Part shown: positions 1-9,477 of the stretch, piece by piece | How positions within the stretch are numbered: position 1 is the stretch's first letter | How the letters are laid out: every line of letters begins with the position of its first letter | Origin: an uncultured Planctomycetia bacterium | GTDB lineage: Bacteria; Omnitrophota; Gorgyraeia; Duberdicusellales; 4484-171 | Assembly: GCA_964489445.1 (NCBI GenBank) | Contig: CAZAYU010000005.1 | Coordinates: 4,799-68,798 of the forward strand | Reading direction: 5' to 3' | Length of the DNA stretch: 64,000 bases | The notes under the pieces: generated by a model | Seen by the model: the letters and a program-made list of their open reading frames with translations, nothing else | The model's database searches: none | Told to the model about the DNA's origin: nothing | Made by a program: the position numbers and the translations under genes

Positions 1-262
1 GCTCAAAAGAAATATTAACACCTTCTCTTGGAGCACGGGTTGCTGGCGACCAAGTAACTCCCTGAATAATGTACGGCCGCCCATTCGACAACGATCCATC
101 CTCTAATAGCTTCTCAACAATTAGCTCCCGATTATTAAGGTAAACATTATTTGCCAGGCAAGGTGCAAGACAAGCTGTACTGGTATTTAAAATAAAAAAA
201 TATCCAAGCCAGAATCCAACAAGTAAGATTTTTCGAAATGATTGGCTAATAACTAACTGCAC
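1..262 (-). CDS. Partial hypothetical exported protein or lipoprotein; the 3' end runs off the window and there is no ATG (possible GTG start near 262).
   Basis: Open minus-strand frame from the window edge to a stop at 278-280. It reads ...FRKILLVGFWLGYFFILNTSTACLAPC..., a signal-peptide-like hydrophobic stretch followed by Cys. It is not in the supplied ORF track. Confidence 0.25.
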   Translation of the reverse strand, partial: MQLVISQSFRKILLVGFWLGYFFILNTSTACLAPCLANNVYLNNRELIVEKLLEDGSLSNGRPYIIQGVTWSPATRAPREGVNISFE

Positions 263-272
263 GCGCTTCAGA

Positions 273-818
273 TTATTCTATATAAGCTTTAATGATTTTC
301 TGTTCATCTGAAGGGCGGTCTGAAGAACCAGCAGGTGAATTTTCAATTTTTTGAACCACATCATACCCGGAAACAACTTCACCGAAAATAGTGTGTTTTG
401 AGTTTAACCAAGGTGTTGCAGCGGTTGTAATAAAAAATTGGCTGCCATTAGTTCCCGGCCCAGCATTTGCCATCGCCAGGATACCAGGCTTATTAAACTG
501 AGCTTGAGCAGAAACTTCATCTTCAAACGGCGCATTCCAAATTGAAGCGCCACCTCTACCAGTTCCAGTAGGATCTCCACATTGAATCATGAAATTTTTA
601 ATAACCCGATGAAATATTATCCCATCGTAATAACCACTTTCAATTAGCTTGGTAAAATTTTCACAAGCTTTGGGAGCTATCTCCGGTTTTAACTCAATTT
701 TAATTATTCCTTGATTAGTTTCTAATACCGCCATGTTTTTTCCTCCATTATTATTTTGCGCGCATCCATTGATACATAATGCACATAGTATAAATAAAAA
801 TACTAACGTTCTTTTCAT
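273..818 (-). CDS. Cyclophilin-type peptidyl-prolyl cis-trans isomerase, probably exported or a lipoprotein.
   Basis: FHRVIKNFMIQCGDPTGTGRGGASIW and FFITT are cyclophilin signatures. The N-terminal hydrophobic segment ends in a CINGCAQ lipobox-like site. Confidence 0.9.
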   Translation of the reverse strand: MKRTLVFLFILCALCINGCAQNNNGGKNMAVLETNQGIIKIELKPEIAPKACENFTKLIESGYYDGIIFHRVIKNFMIQCGDPTGTGRGGASIWNAPFEDEVSAQAQFNKPGILAMANAGPGTNGSQFFITTAATPWLNSKHTIFGEVVSGYDVVQKIENSPAGSSDRPSDEQKIIKAYIE

Positions 819-821
819 CTT

Positions 822-1016
822 TTACCCCCTCATCTTTTCCCAAACAAAAATAATAAATTTTCCGAGAAACCAAATAGCAAATACACCCAGCACGATCATA
901 ATTATCAGCCGAGCAAAAAAAGCCAACACAATCAATAACGGAAATAATAAAATCCCTACACCGGCTAAAACAAGTACAGCAGCCAAAAATATTAATCCAA
1001 CAAAAAACTCTTTCAT
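822..1016 (-). CDS. Small hydrophobic membrane protein of 64 aa with two predicted TM helices.
   Basis: Almost entirely hydrophobic. It sits 4 bp downstream of the PPIase gene on the same strand. Confidence 0.4.
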   Translation of the reverse strand: MKEFFVGLIFLAAVLVLAGVGILLFPLLIVLAFFARLIIMIVLGVFAIWFLGKFIIFVWEKMRG

Positions 1017-1020
1017 AGTT

Positions 1021-1344
1021 TTAGATTTCAGTTTTATCCACTAGTTTTCGATAGTACACAACACACTCCTCGCAAGTCGGCTCTTTGTCCTGCCAATGTG
1101 AATGATCTTTTCTAATTAAGTTTATTAAATACTCCTCAGCTTTAGCATGCTCTAGTGAATGTTCTTCGTGAATCATCCGTCCACAAATCTGACATTTATA
1201 TTTTCCTTTCGCTGAGCTGTTACATTCCTTATCTTGGCTACTGCACTCTTCAGAAACACTATTATCGCAACATGAAGTTTTATCATTGTTACTACTCGAA
1301 AGAAATTGTTTCATCTTTTTTAAAAATCCTATTTTCTTTTCCAT
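1021..1344 (-). CDS. Cys/His-rich small protein; the C-terminal half looks like a zinc ribbon (CxxC...H...H...CxxC).
   Basis: KYKCQICGRMIHEEHSLEH...EPTCEECVVYY, plus an N-terminal Ser/Cys-rich low-complexity stretch (SCCDNSVSEECSS). Confidence 0.4.
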   Translation of the reverse strand: MEKKIGFLKKMKQFLSSSNNDKTSCCDNSVSEECSSQDKECNSSAKGKYKCQICGRMIHEEHSLEHAKAEEYLINLIRKDHSHWQDKEPTCEECVVYYRKLVDKTEI

Positions 1345-1976
1345 TGTCCTCCTTGGTTAATAACTTATTTTGTGTAATTATACCAAAAAAAGGCTAAATT
1401 ACAATTACCGAATATCTATTACTTTTTCCTTCTACCTAAACCTGCCTAAAAATATATACTTCAGGCAAAAAAATCGCCAATAAAGAAAAACTAAACTAAA
1501 ACTTGTTTGAAACACTACTTTCACCCAACTTAATATTTTTAGAAATAAGCCAAGATGATATTCTTTCGGTACCCACTTGAGAGTAACTACCTAATAATTA
1601 AGGTACGCTAATGGAGGTGCAGCTAAAAATGCCAATATTGTTGCTAAATTAACCGTTGTTTTTATGCCGTTATAAAAACAGACCAACAATTAATAAAGTA
1701 CTGTATTACCAAGATACCAAGAATAAGAAAATAAAGGCGACGATCATTTTTTTTTAGTTACCGAAACTAACAGCTCCAATGAATCCTTCAGCGTGCGAGT
1801 ATACCCACCTAAAACAGCCTGCGAACCGCCAATTGCTGCGCCGGCAAATAACAACCCCAAGCCAAGGGTTTTGATTATTTCATTGAATGCAGAATTAAGA
1901 TTTATCTAATTATATATATAGGTAAGAACAAATGTTTTACACCTTAAGAACACGAGTAAAATTTCATAAGTATAAA

Positions 1977-2717
1977 TTAAATAATGCCACCTAAATATTC
2001 TAGTAAATTTACCTTAATCGGCATAAAATAAACACTACCAGAAAAAGCTTTTACCGCCTCTAACATGTTAATGGCAAACTGACGATTCCAGTCTAGGCTT
2101 GGAAGAAAATCTACAGGAAAGTTTACTTTATTGTTCTTTTCCCAGTATTGCTGAGATTTTTGACTAATAACCGGCGATACACCCCAAAATATTTCTGTGT
2201 TTTTTATTTTCTTAGCATACATTTCCATAAGCTTTAGATCAAAAAACGGCTGAGTAAAAAACCCGCTAGCGCCGACATCAATTTTCTCCTGTGCATAATC
2301 ACACTCCATAGAAAAATCCTGACGATATTGATCTACAGCAGCGTAGACTTTAACATCTGGAATTTCCTGTTTAAATTTCTTGATCAAATCAATTGAGCTA
2401 CAAAACGAAACACCATTCGGCTTTAAGTCAACATGATCACCTAGAACAACCAACACCTCCCGAATATTATTAGCGGCAAGAAAGTCCTTGAAGGGAAGTG
2501 GTTGATTTTTAGGCATTGCGCCAGCACGAATGTGCGGAATCGCCTTAGAAAAAAATCTTCGAACAAACTCGCAACACTCCAAGCTACGCATCTCATAGCG
2601 AAGAATATCCGGAATATTAATTGTCTCAACAGCCGGAAAGTTCTTTCTGACTGATTCCAACTCTTGGAAAAATAATCCCGCTGAACGTGGAACAAGCTCA
2701 ATAGAAATTCTTTTCAT
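1977..2717 (-). CDS. Methylenetetrahydrofolate reductase (MetF)-like protein.
   Basis: ISIELVPRS resembles the MetF N-terminus (SFEFFPP). LVVLGD and VGASGFFTQPFFD match the MTHFR LRGD and AITQ(F/L)FFD motifs. Confidence 0.55.
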   Translation of the reverse strand: MKRISIELVPRSAGLFFQELESVRKNFPAVETINIPDILRYEMRSLECCEFVRRFFSKAIPHIRAGAMPKNQPLPFKDFLAANNIREVLVVLGDHVDLKPNGVSFCSSIDLIKKFKQEIPDVKVYAAVDQYRQDFSMECDYAQEKIDVGASGFFTQPFFDLKLMEMYAKKIKNTEIFWGVSPVISQKSQQYWEKNNKVNFPVDFLPSLDWNRQFAINMLEAVKAFSGSVYFMPIKVNLLEYLGGII

Positions 2718-2946
2718 GCGAACTATTTCTTCACCTCACCCATTAACGCTTTTTCCAAGGCTACCCGCAGGCGGTTAACTTCTGCCCGGGGAAGACGAAA
2801 CTGAGAACGAAGCATTGGCGTTGAAATCGTAAACTCAAATAAATTATTATTTTTCGGAACCCGCTGGATACTGACGTTCATGGAAACTTTTGCCATAGAC
2901 TACCTCCTGAACACAAAATTATTATCATTTTAACCATTATTATCTA

Positions 2947-4068
2947 TTACGAAAATTCACTATAGATCCGTCCGAAATCAATTTGACCGATAATCTTACC
3001 TTTGTACTCAGAAGCAAGATTGCTGCAAGCTTCTTTCAAATCATCGCTTTGAGCACCATTTTTTAACGCAAGATAAGACTCTAGAAAAGCAGCTAACTTA
3101 TCAACCGCTTTAATCATTTTCCCGTCTCTTGAGGGAATATCTCTAAATTCATCTTCAGTAAATTTCTTCATCTGGTTGTGCCAATAATCCGGAATCAATT
3201 TATATATTCTTTTCTCCATTTCCTGTCGCTCGTAACCTTGAATTAGTTCCCGCAAACCTTCTACGGAACCTTTAACCGGGTTGATTACATCACGGGTCAA
3301 AACTTCCGGCAAGTCATGAAACAAGCCGGTAAAGTAATTATTGAATACTCTTTGAGTATCAGCACCAGCTTCCAAAGAAAACAAGTAAGAAAGTATCGCC
3401 ACAATTAGCATATGTCCTAAAACAGAGGTCTTGGGTACACGATGCAGATGGCTCCAACGAATTTGAAACCTCAACTGGCCGCAGATATTCACAAAATCTT
3501 GTAAATTAGAAGAAGAAAGTAGAATCTGCATACTATTTAAATCGTGATATCTTTTTTCTTTAAACTCTAAATCACTGCGAATATCTTCAACTAAATAACC
3601 CTCGGGATTCATCCTTTGAATAATGTTGAACTCCCACTTAGTTGCATAAAAATGTGCAGCACTGATAATTCTTCTGTTTATATTCCGCTTGGGTTCAGAA
3701 AGATAGCTTTTGAAACGTCGACAAAAGTCTTCGCCTAATGGGGCGATAACATTCTTTATTCTTTTGTAAGCCCACTCATTTAAAAGAGAATACTTTTCTT
3801 TGTCTTCTTTTATCCGATGAAACAATGGAGGCTTTAGGTCGGTAAGCACTATCCTTTGCAAAAATTCAAAGAATCCAAATTCAATTACTTCTACCCAATT
3901 AAAGCCTTCTGTTCTAGCATTTTCCTCGCACTTACCCAGACAATAGGCGATTATCATTTTATGCGCCTGTTTATCCAACTCTGTCATCTCGACTACTCGG
4001 ATTTGATCATTCCAACGCTGCATGCTTGCAGCTTCATAAATTTTTAGTAGTAATTCCTTCTTAACCAT
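2947..4068 (-). CDS. HD-domain phosphohydrolase (YfbR-like HD fold) with a roughly 190-aa N-terminal extension of unknown function.
   Basis: RWSHLHRV...LGHMLIVA...LFHDLPEVLTRDVINPVK...DKLAAFLE gives the RW / H...HD...D pattern of HD hydrolases. Confidence 0.6.
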   Translation of the reverse strand: MVKKELLLKIYEAASMQRWNDQIRVVEMTELDKQAHKMIIAYCLGKCEENARTEGFNWVEVIEFGFFEFLQRIVLTDLKPPLFHRIKEDKEKYSLLNEWAYKRIKNVIAPLGEDFCRRFKSYLSEPKRNINRRIISAAHFYATKWEFNIIQRMNPEGYLVEDIRSDLEFKEKRYHDLNSMQILLSSSNLQDFVNICGQLRFQIRWSHLHRVPKTSVLGHMLIVAILSYLFSLEAGADTQRVFNNYFTGLFHDLPEVLTRDVINPVKGSVEGLRELIQGYERQEMEKRIYKLIPDYWHNQMKKFTEDEFRDIPSRDGKMIKAVDKLAAFLESYLALKNGAQSDDLKEACSNLASEYKGKIIGQIDFGRIYSEFS

Positions 4069-4204
4069 TGGACATAATTTTAATTTTGTATCTACTCTTC
4101 GGTATCTAAATTATACCATCTAACTAGATATTTAAAACTACTTCTTAAAATGCGAGTTTTAGTCTTGTTTTAAACAGAATAGTAAAGCGATGATTAATAC
4201 TTTC

Positions 4205-7200
4205 TTAGTTATTATTCTTTTTAACTGTTGAATGTCCAAAAAATTTAATAGCAAAATCATCAATAATCGCATAAATGCAAGGCAATGCGATTAAGGTCAG
4301 TACAGTCGCACATATAATTCCCCAAACAATTGTTAAGGCCATCGGCCGCAAAAAAGGATCACCTCCACCAATACCGTATGCTGTAGGAGTTAGCCCTAAA
4401 GCCGTCGTAATTGTTGTTAGTAACACCGGACGGAGACGTAATCGTCCAGCTTCAACTATTGATTGATGCCTATTAACTCCCTGACGACGAAGATGATTAA
4501 TGAACTCTACCAAAACTATAGAATCGTTCACGACAATTCCTGTTAATCCCACGGCCCCCATAAACATAAAAAATCCAATTGGAAAACCATGAAAAAAAAA
4601 CGCCCAAATAACTCCAATTAACCCAAACGGAATAGCCATCATCACAACCAATGGCTGAACTAACGAATTAAAATTAGCGGCCAGAATTAAAAAAATCATA
4701 AATAGCGCCAAAACAAAAGCGTTCCCAAAACTTTTCATTGACTTAGTATTTTCTTCCTGCTCTCCCCCGTATTTTATACTGTAACCGGGATACTGCTCAG
4801 CAATGTTTTCAAATTTTCCTTCCAAAAGTTTATTGGCTTCCACAGAAGTAATTTGCTGCACATCAACATCAGCCCTAACAGTAATCACTCTCTTTCCGTC
4901 TAGATGTTTAATCCTGGCTAAAGACCTACCATCTTCTAATCTGGCTACATTACCTAACGAAATAAGATTACCAAATTTATTAGGAATTAGTATCTTTTTA
5001 AAAGCTTCTCGTGTTGTACGATAATTTTCCGGAAAACGAACCAAAACATCAATTTCCTCCTCAGCTTTAACTGGCTTGATGGATGTCGCCACGCCACCTC
5101 GAAACGCATTACGAATACTTACAGCTATCTCTTCAACTGTAAGAAAAGCCTGAGCAGCTTTATCGTCATCAATAATCACTCTAATTTCTCCAATGCCTGT
5201 TTCGTAGTCAGAAACAACATCAGAGACACCTTGTAAATTCCTTAAAAATTCAGAAATTTGTTTAGAGATTATCTCCAACACAGAAAATTTTTCTCCTCTT
5301 ATCTGAACAGCAATTGGCTTTCCGACCGGCGGTCCAGCTTGCGGCTTTTCAAAATAAATTTTCTCGAATCCTTTAACGTCCTTTGTTGTTTTTCGAAAAT
5401 CATTAATTATCTGACTAACCTTTTTTTTACGCTTTGAATAAGGAGTAAGGTAAACGACTACTTGAGCGATATGGCTGCCAGACTTTCCGTATGGATCAAA
5501 CTGCCACGTATCTCCTGACGATCCTATTTGAGTGGTATAAGACTCTACTTGATTCTCGGGTAACAAACTTACTTTCTCTTCAATCTGGCCGATTAAATCG
5601 TCAACCGCATATAAATTACTCCCTACTGGAGCTTCAACATGGATACTAAATTCTTCAATGCCCTCTTCTGAACCAAATAATACATGTGGCATGTTAGCGG
5701 CAAGAATAATAGTTGCGATAAATACTAATACCAACCCTAAAAATACCCAATAACGATTGTTTAAGGCTCCTCCGACAATTTTTGTGTACCCACTTATTAC
5801 CTTTTTAAACCAAGGCAAATCTTTACGCGATTTAAAATTCTTATCTGTTCGAATAAAATCAGCAAAATGCGAAGGTAAAATTATCAAAGCTTCAAATAAA
5901 GAACACAATAGAGCAATAATTACCACCAGAGGTATACCCCAGATAAATTTGCCTAGCATCCCCTCCATAAACAAAAGAGGACTAAACGCAGCAATTGTAG
6001 TAATAATGGTAGTAGTAACCGGCTTGACTACTTCTTGCGTTCCAGCGATTGCCGCCTCTTTTGGACTTAACCCTTGCTCTAAATAGCGAGTACAATTCTC
6101 CGCAACTATAATTCCGTCATCAACTAACATTCCCAAGACTATAATCAGCCCGAACATAGTAACTAAATTAATGCTTATACCTAGCAGCCCCATAATCGTG
6201 ATGGTCGCACAAAAAGCAATTGGCAAACCTAACGTCGTCAGTAATGCAACTCGAAACTTTAAAAAAACCATTAACACCACACAAACTAAAAAAATCCCGA
6301 TCATCGCGTTATTTTTTAATACACCCAAACGCCGTTTAATATAGAAGGAAACATCATTTATGTACGACACCTTTAGTTTGCTGTCAGCATTCTTTAAAAA
6401 CTTTTCTGTTTTTTCTTTTACTGCATCCACTATTCCTATCGCATCGCCACTGGATCGCTTTATAACAATCAAATTAATCGAGCGGGTCCCCATACTTTTA
6501 TTTATAGTAGTCTCATCTTCAAAAGAAAACCGCACGTCTGCTACATCCTTAATCCGCAACCAATTGCCCACTTCGTTAGCCCTAATTACCACATTTCCAA
6601 TTTCCTCTGTAGTGTGAAATTCACCACTAGTACGAATATTGAATTCCTCTGGTCCTCTTAATTTCCCTCCGGGTAAATTAGCATTTTTTCTGCTTAAAGC
6701 ATTCATCACCTCTTTCAGGCTCAAGTGTGTCTCAAAAAGCTTATCAGGGTTAACTTCAACCCACACTTCCCGATCACGAAAACCACTACGTGAAATCTTG
6801 GAAACACCAGGAATATCCTCTAACAAATCTTCTAAATTCTCTGCATACCCCTGAAGTTTAATTTCCGTTAAATCTCCGCTTAGCGCAACCTGGACAACCG
6901 GCATCTCTCCTGATGTTATCTCAGTAACCACTGGATCATCTTCTACACCCTTGGGTAAATTTTTGACCCTATCTACAGCTTTTTGAATATCACTGATGAC
7001 TTTTCGTTTATTTTTAGCGTCCTGGCTTAAATCAACAACGATAGTAGAAACACCTTCTAAAGAAGTAGAAACCATTTCTTCTGTTTCATCAACCCCTTTC
7101 AATTCTTTTTCCAAAGGAACAGTAACCAGCTTCTCCATTTCTTCAGGCGAAGCCCCTGGATAAACAGCACTAATAACCACACTGTCATAAGAAACATCGG

Positions 7201-7318
7201 GAAATGCTTCACGACGAATTTTATACACATAAAAGGTAGAAAAGCCAGCAATCAAGATGAACAAGGATATCAAATTTATCAATAACGAATGTTTAACAGA
7301 AAATTCTGAAATTTTCAT
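4205..7318 (-). CDS. RND-superfamily efflux transporter permease (AcrB/HAE1-like), 1037 aa.
   Basis: Twelve-TM architecture with two large periplasmic loops, typical RND length and conserved TM4 region. Its start overlaps the stop of the upstream OMF gene (ATGA). Confidence 0.9.
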   Translation of the reverse strand: MKISEFSVKHSLLINLISLFILIAGFSTFYVYKIRREAFPDVSYDSVVISAVYPGASPEEMEKLVTVPLEKELKGVDETEEMVSTSLEGVSTIVVDLSQDAKNKRKVISDIQKAVDRVKNLPKGVEDDPVVTEITSGEMPVVQVALSGDLTEIKLQGYAENLEDLLEDIPGVSKISRSGFRDREVWVEVNPDKLFETHLSLKEVMNALSRKNANLPGGKLRGPEEFNIRTSGEFHTTEEIGNVVIRANEVGNWLRIKDVADVRFSFEDETTINKSMGTRSINLIVIKRSSGDAIGIVDAVKEKTEKFLKNADSKLKVSYINDVSFYIKRRLGVLKNNAMIGIFLVCVVLMVFLKFRVALLTTLGLPIAFCATITIMGLLGISINLVTMFGLIIVLGMLVDDGIIVAENCTRYLEQGLSPKEAAIAGTQEVVKPVTTTIITTIAAFSPLLFMEGMLGKFIWGIPLVVIIALLCSLFEALIILPSHFADFIRTDKNFKSRKDLPWFKKVISGYTKIVGGALNNRYWVFLGLVLVFIATIILAANMPHVLFGSEEGIEEFSIHVEAPVGSNLYAVDDLIGQIEEKVSLLPENQVESYTTQIGSSGDTWQFDPYGKSGSHIAQVVVYLTPYSKRKKKVSQIINDFRKTTKDVKGFEKIYFEKPQAGPPVGKPIAVQIRGEKFSVLEIISKQISEFLRNLQGVSDVVSDYETGIGEIRVIIDDDKAAQAFLTVEEIAVSIRNAFRGGVATSIKPVKAEEEIDVLVRFPENYRTTREAFKKILIPNKFGNLISLGNVARLEDGRSLARIKHLDGKRVITVRADVDVQQITSVEANKLLEGKFENIAEQYPGYSIKYGGEQEENTKSMKSFGNAFVLALFMIFLILAANFNSLVQPLVVMMAIPFGLIGVIWAFFFHGFPIGFFMFMGAVGLTGIVVNDSIVLVEFINHLRRQGVNRHQSIVEAGRLRLRPVLLTTITTALGLTPTAYGIGGGDPFLRPMALTIVWGIICATVLTLIALPCIYAIIDDFAIKFFGHSTVKKNNN

Positions 7319-8868
7319 AGCGGCAGTGTCCAGTATTTATCTAACAATGAATTTTTAGCTAATTCCAATTCGGCCAAGCTTACCCGATACCGATAGCGAT
7401 AAGTTGCTAATTTAAGCCGAGCATTTAGCAAGTCTTGTTCATAAGTAATCAGCGTATCTGAGTTAGAGCGCCCGTAATTAATTCGTTTTACCTGTTCAGC
7501 TAACTTCTCCGCATGTATCTCAACTGTAGACTGAAACAATTCAACTTGCTTTAACATTGTATTTACTTTGCTAACGCTATTGTTGATTTCTCGTAAAATA
7601 TCCCGTTCAGTTTTTTTTAGCTCCAATAATAATTTTTGTTTGCTTAGACTTTCCTGCTCCAAAACCGATTTGGCCTCTCGGTTTTCCAGCGGGAACTTAA
7701 AACCAACTTTCACCAGAACTTCATCATTGCTGTTTTGGGATATATTTTCCCATGATTTACGGCGATCGCCAGATATATTGTTACGACTATATGTTGCTGT
7801 TAAATCAATCTGTGGCCATAAGGCATTTTTCTTAACAATAATTTCAATACCACTTTTCTTTAAATCATTCTCAATACGTTTATAGTCGCGACGATGGTTG
7901 ATTGCACCTTCTAAAGACTTCGCTAAATTAACACTTTCTAAAACACAGACAAGAGTATCCTCTGCTTTAATATTTTGCGAAAAATATCCATTGTTAATTA
8001 GAAATAATAAATTATTTTTTTCTGTTTCCCGGGCTAACCCTGCTACCTCTACCTCACTTTTTCGGGCATACACCAACGCCTCTACTGCTAAAAAGTCACC
8101 CTTTTCCGCAAGGCCCAATGAATACTTTTCCTTGTAAACATTGTAAAGCTTGTTCGCCTGAATTAACATGTCTTTAGCAACCATAAGCTCCTTTGTTCTC
8201 AAGACGAATCCCCAATAAGCTACCTGGACATCAAACAAAGACTTTTCTATGTCATTTAGGGAAGTCAATTCAGAATTTTCAATATCAATTTTAGTTACTT
8301 TAACTTGAGAACGATCAGCTAAGCCGAAAAAGTTTCTCCCCAGTTCTTGAGTTAAACTTAATCCCGCTGAAGCTTCATTATATGGGCTGTTACTAACTGC
8401 ATTGCTGTTTGTGCTATTGCGAGAATTGGCTATATCTAAGATAACTGTTGTTCCTGTAGAAAGTTTTTTTTCAATGCCCGTAGAATAAAATACTTCTTTT
8501 TCACGACTAGCAGAAGCAACAAGCGGACTCATTTGTTTATTAAGATCATACGAAGCCTCTGCTTTTAAAAAAGTATCAAAGATTGATTCTGCCTCGCCGA
8601 GAGAAGCCCGTTCAATGTAGGTATCAAATTTAGCAATCTGGATATCCAATGAATTGCTTAGCGCTAATTGCATTACTTCATCTAAAGAAAGCCAGATAGC
8701 CGCAATAACCTCACCAACATAATCGCTATCGACTCCAGAGGAACCTTGAAGGCTGTTTTCCTGATAAACATTCTGGGAATATACTAATTCCGGTTGCAGA
8801 ATTATCATCCCTACCACCAAGATTGCTAAAAACATTACTAAACTATTTTTTTTTATTTCGTTCATCAA
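7315..8868 (-). CDS. TolC-family outer membrane efflux protein (OMF).
   Basis: Signal peptide followed by two OEP-type repeats with coiled-coil-like segments. Translationally coupled to the RND gene. The true start is probably an internal Met near 8835. Confidence 0.8.
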   Translation of the reverse strand: MMNEIKKNSLVMFLAILVVGMIILQPELVYSQNVYQENSLQGSSGVDSDYVGEVIAAIWLSLDEVMQLALSNSLDIQIAKFDTYIERASLGEAESIFDTFLKAEASYDLNKQMSPLVASASREKEVFYSTGIEKKLSTGTTVILDIANSRNSTNSNAVSNSPYNEASAGLSLTQELGRNFFGLADRSQVKVTKIDIENSELTSLNDIEKSLFDVQVAYWGFVLRTKELMVAKDMLIQANKLYNVYKEKYSLGLAEKGDFLAVEALVYARKSEVEVAGLARETEKNNLLFLINNGYFSQNIKAEDTLVCVLESVNLAKSLEGAINHRRDYKRIENDLKKSGIEIIVKKNALWPQIDLTATYSRNNISGDRRKSWENISQNSNDEVLVKVGFKFPLENREAKSVLEQESLSKQKLLLELKKTERDILREINNSVSKVNTMLKQVELFQSTVEIHAEKLAEQVKRINYGRSNSDTLITYEQDLLNARLKLATYRYRYRVSLAELELAKNSLLDKYWTLPL

Positions 8869-9310
8869 GAGTCTCTTTAACTTTGTTAATAATTTTTAAA
8901 TAGATCTCCCTCTCCTGACTACTTAACCCCTTAAAGGCTTCTTCGATAAACTTTTTCCGAGTCTCCTTTATTCGGCCGACCGCTTTTACGCCTTGAGAGG
9001 TTATTGCGATATGCACAACCCGTCGATCCATCTTATCATAGGATCTTTTTACCATTTTTATTCCTACTAACCGTCCAACCAAGCCAGTTGCTGCCGGAAG
9101 GCTAACTCCTAAAGCTTTAGCAATCTCCTTCATTTTTAATGAACCGCTTCCTTTGAGTACATCTAAAGCGATATACTGCGGAAAAGTAATCCTGCCCTCA
9201 AGCAAAGCATCCGAATTATTACTAAGCACAGAAAACGAAAGTCGCATAATGTAAGGAATAATTGCCGAAAGCTCTTCAGCGAAGTTTGATACTGACAACT
9301 TCTTAGACAT
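8843..9310 (-). CDS. MarR-family transcriptional regulator.
   Basis: Winged-helix region FPQYIALDVLKGSGSLKMKEIAKALGVSLPAATGLVGRL...DRRVVHIAITSQG. Confidence 0.8.
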   Translation of the reverse strand: MSKKLSVSNFAEELSAIIPYIMRLSFSVLSNNSDALLEGRITFPQYIALDVLKGSGSLKMKEIAKALGVSLPAATGLVGRLVGIKMVKRSYDKMDRRVVHIAITSQGVKAVGRIKETRKKFIEEAFKGLSSQEREIYLKIINKVKETLDERNKKK

Positions 9311-9477
9311 CGTTAACCTCCTTAATACTTAACCATGTTAACCATTAACTACGCAAAGTATACCCCACTCTTACCCAAATGTCAAGTTAGTTGCTAGTTA
9401 AAAAGATACTTACTATCGTGGATATCTTGAGGACATAAAAAAAGACTTTTTGTTAGTCCTGCATCGACAAAATATGT

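Noticed and set aside
733-1044. Plus-strand ORF overlapping the PPIase and small membrane-protein genes.
   Set aside because: It lies antisense within well-supported minus-strand genes and shows an AT-rich codon artefact (Ile/Asn/Lys-rich).
1745-1890. Minus-strand glycine-zipper mini-ORF (…GLGLLFAGAAIGGSQAVLGGY…TKKK*) in the 630-bp intergenic region.
   Set aside because: It has no in-frame ATG or GTG and no Shine-Dalgarno. Only a TTG start would give about 38 aa. It could be a gene remnant, but it cannot be supported.
2441-2701. Alternative-frame minus-strand ORF nested inside the MetF-like gene.
   Set aside because: It is fully contained in a longer ORF that carries conserved MTHFR motifs. 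It is a frame-shadow ORF.
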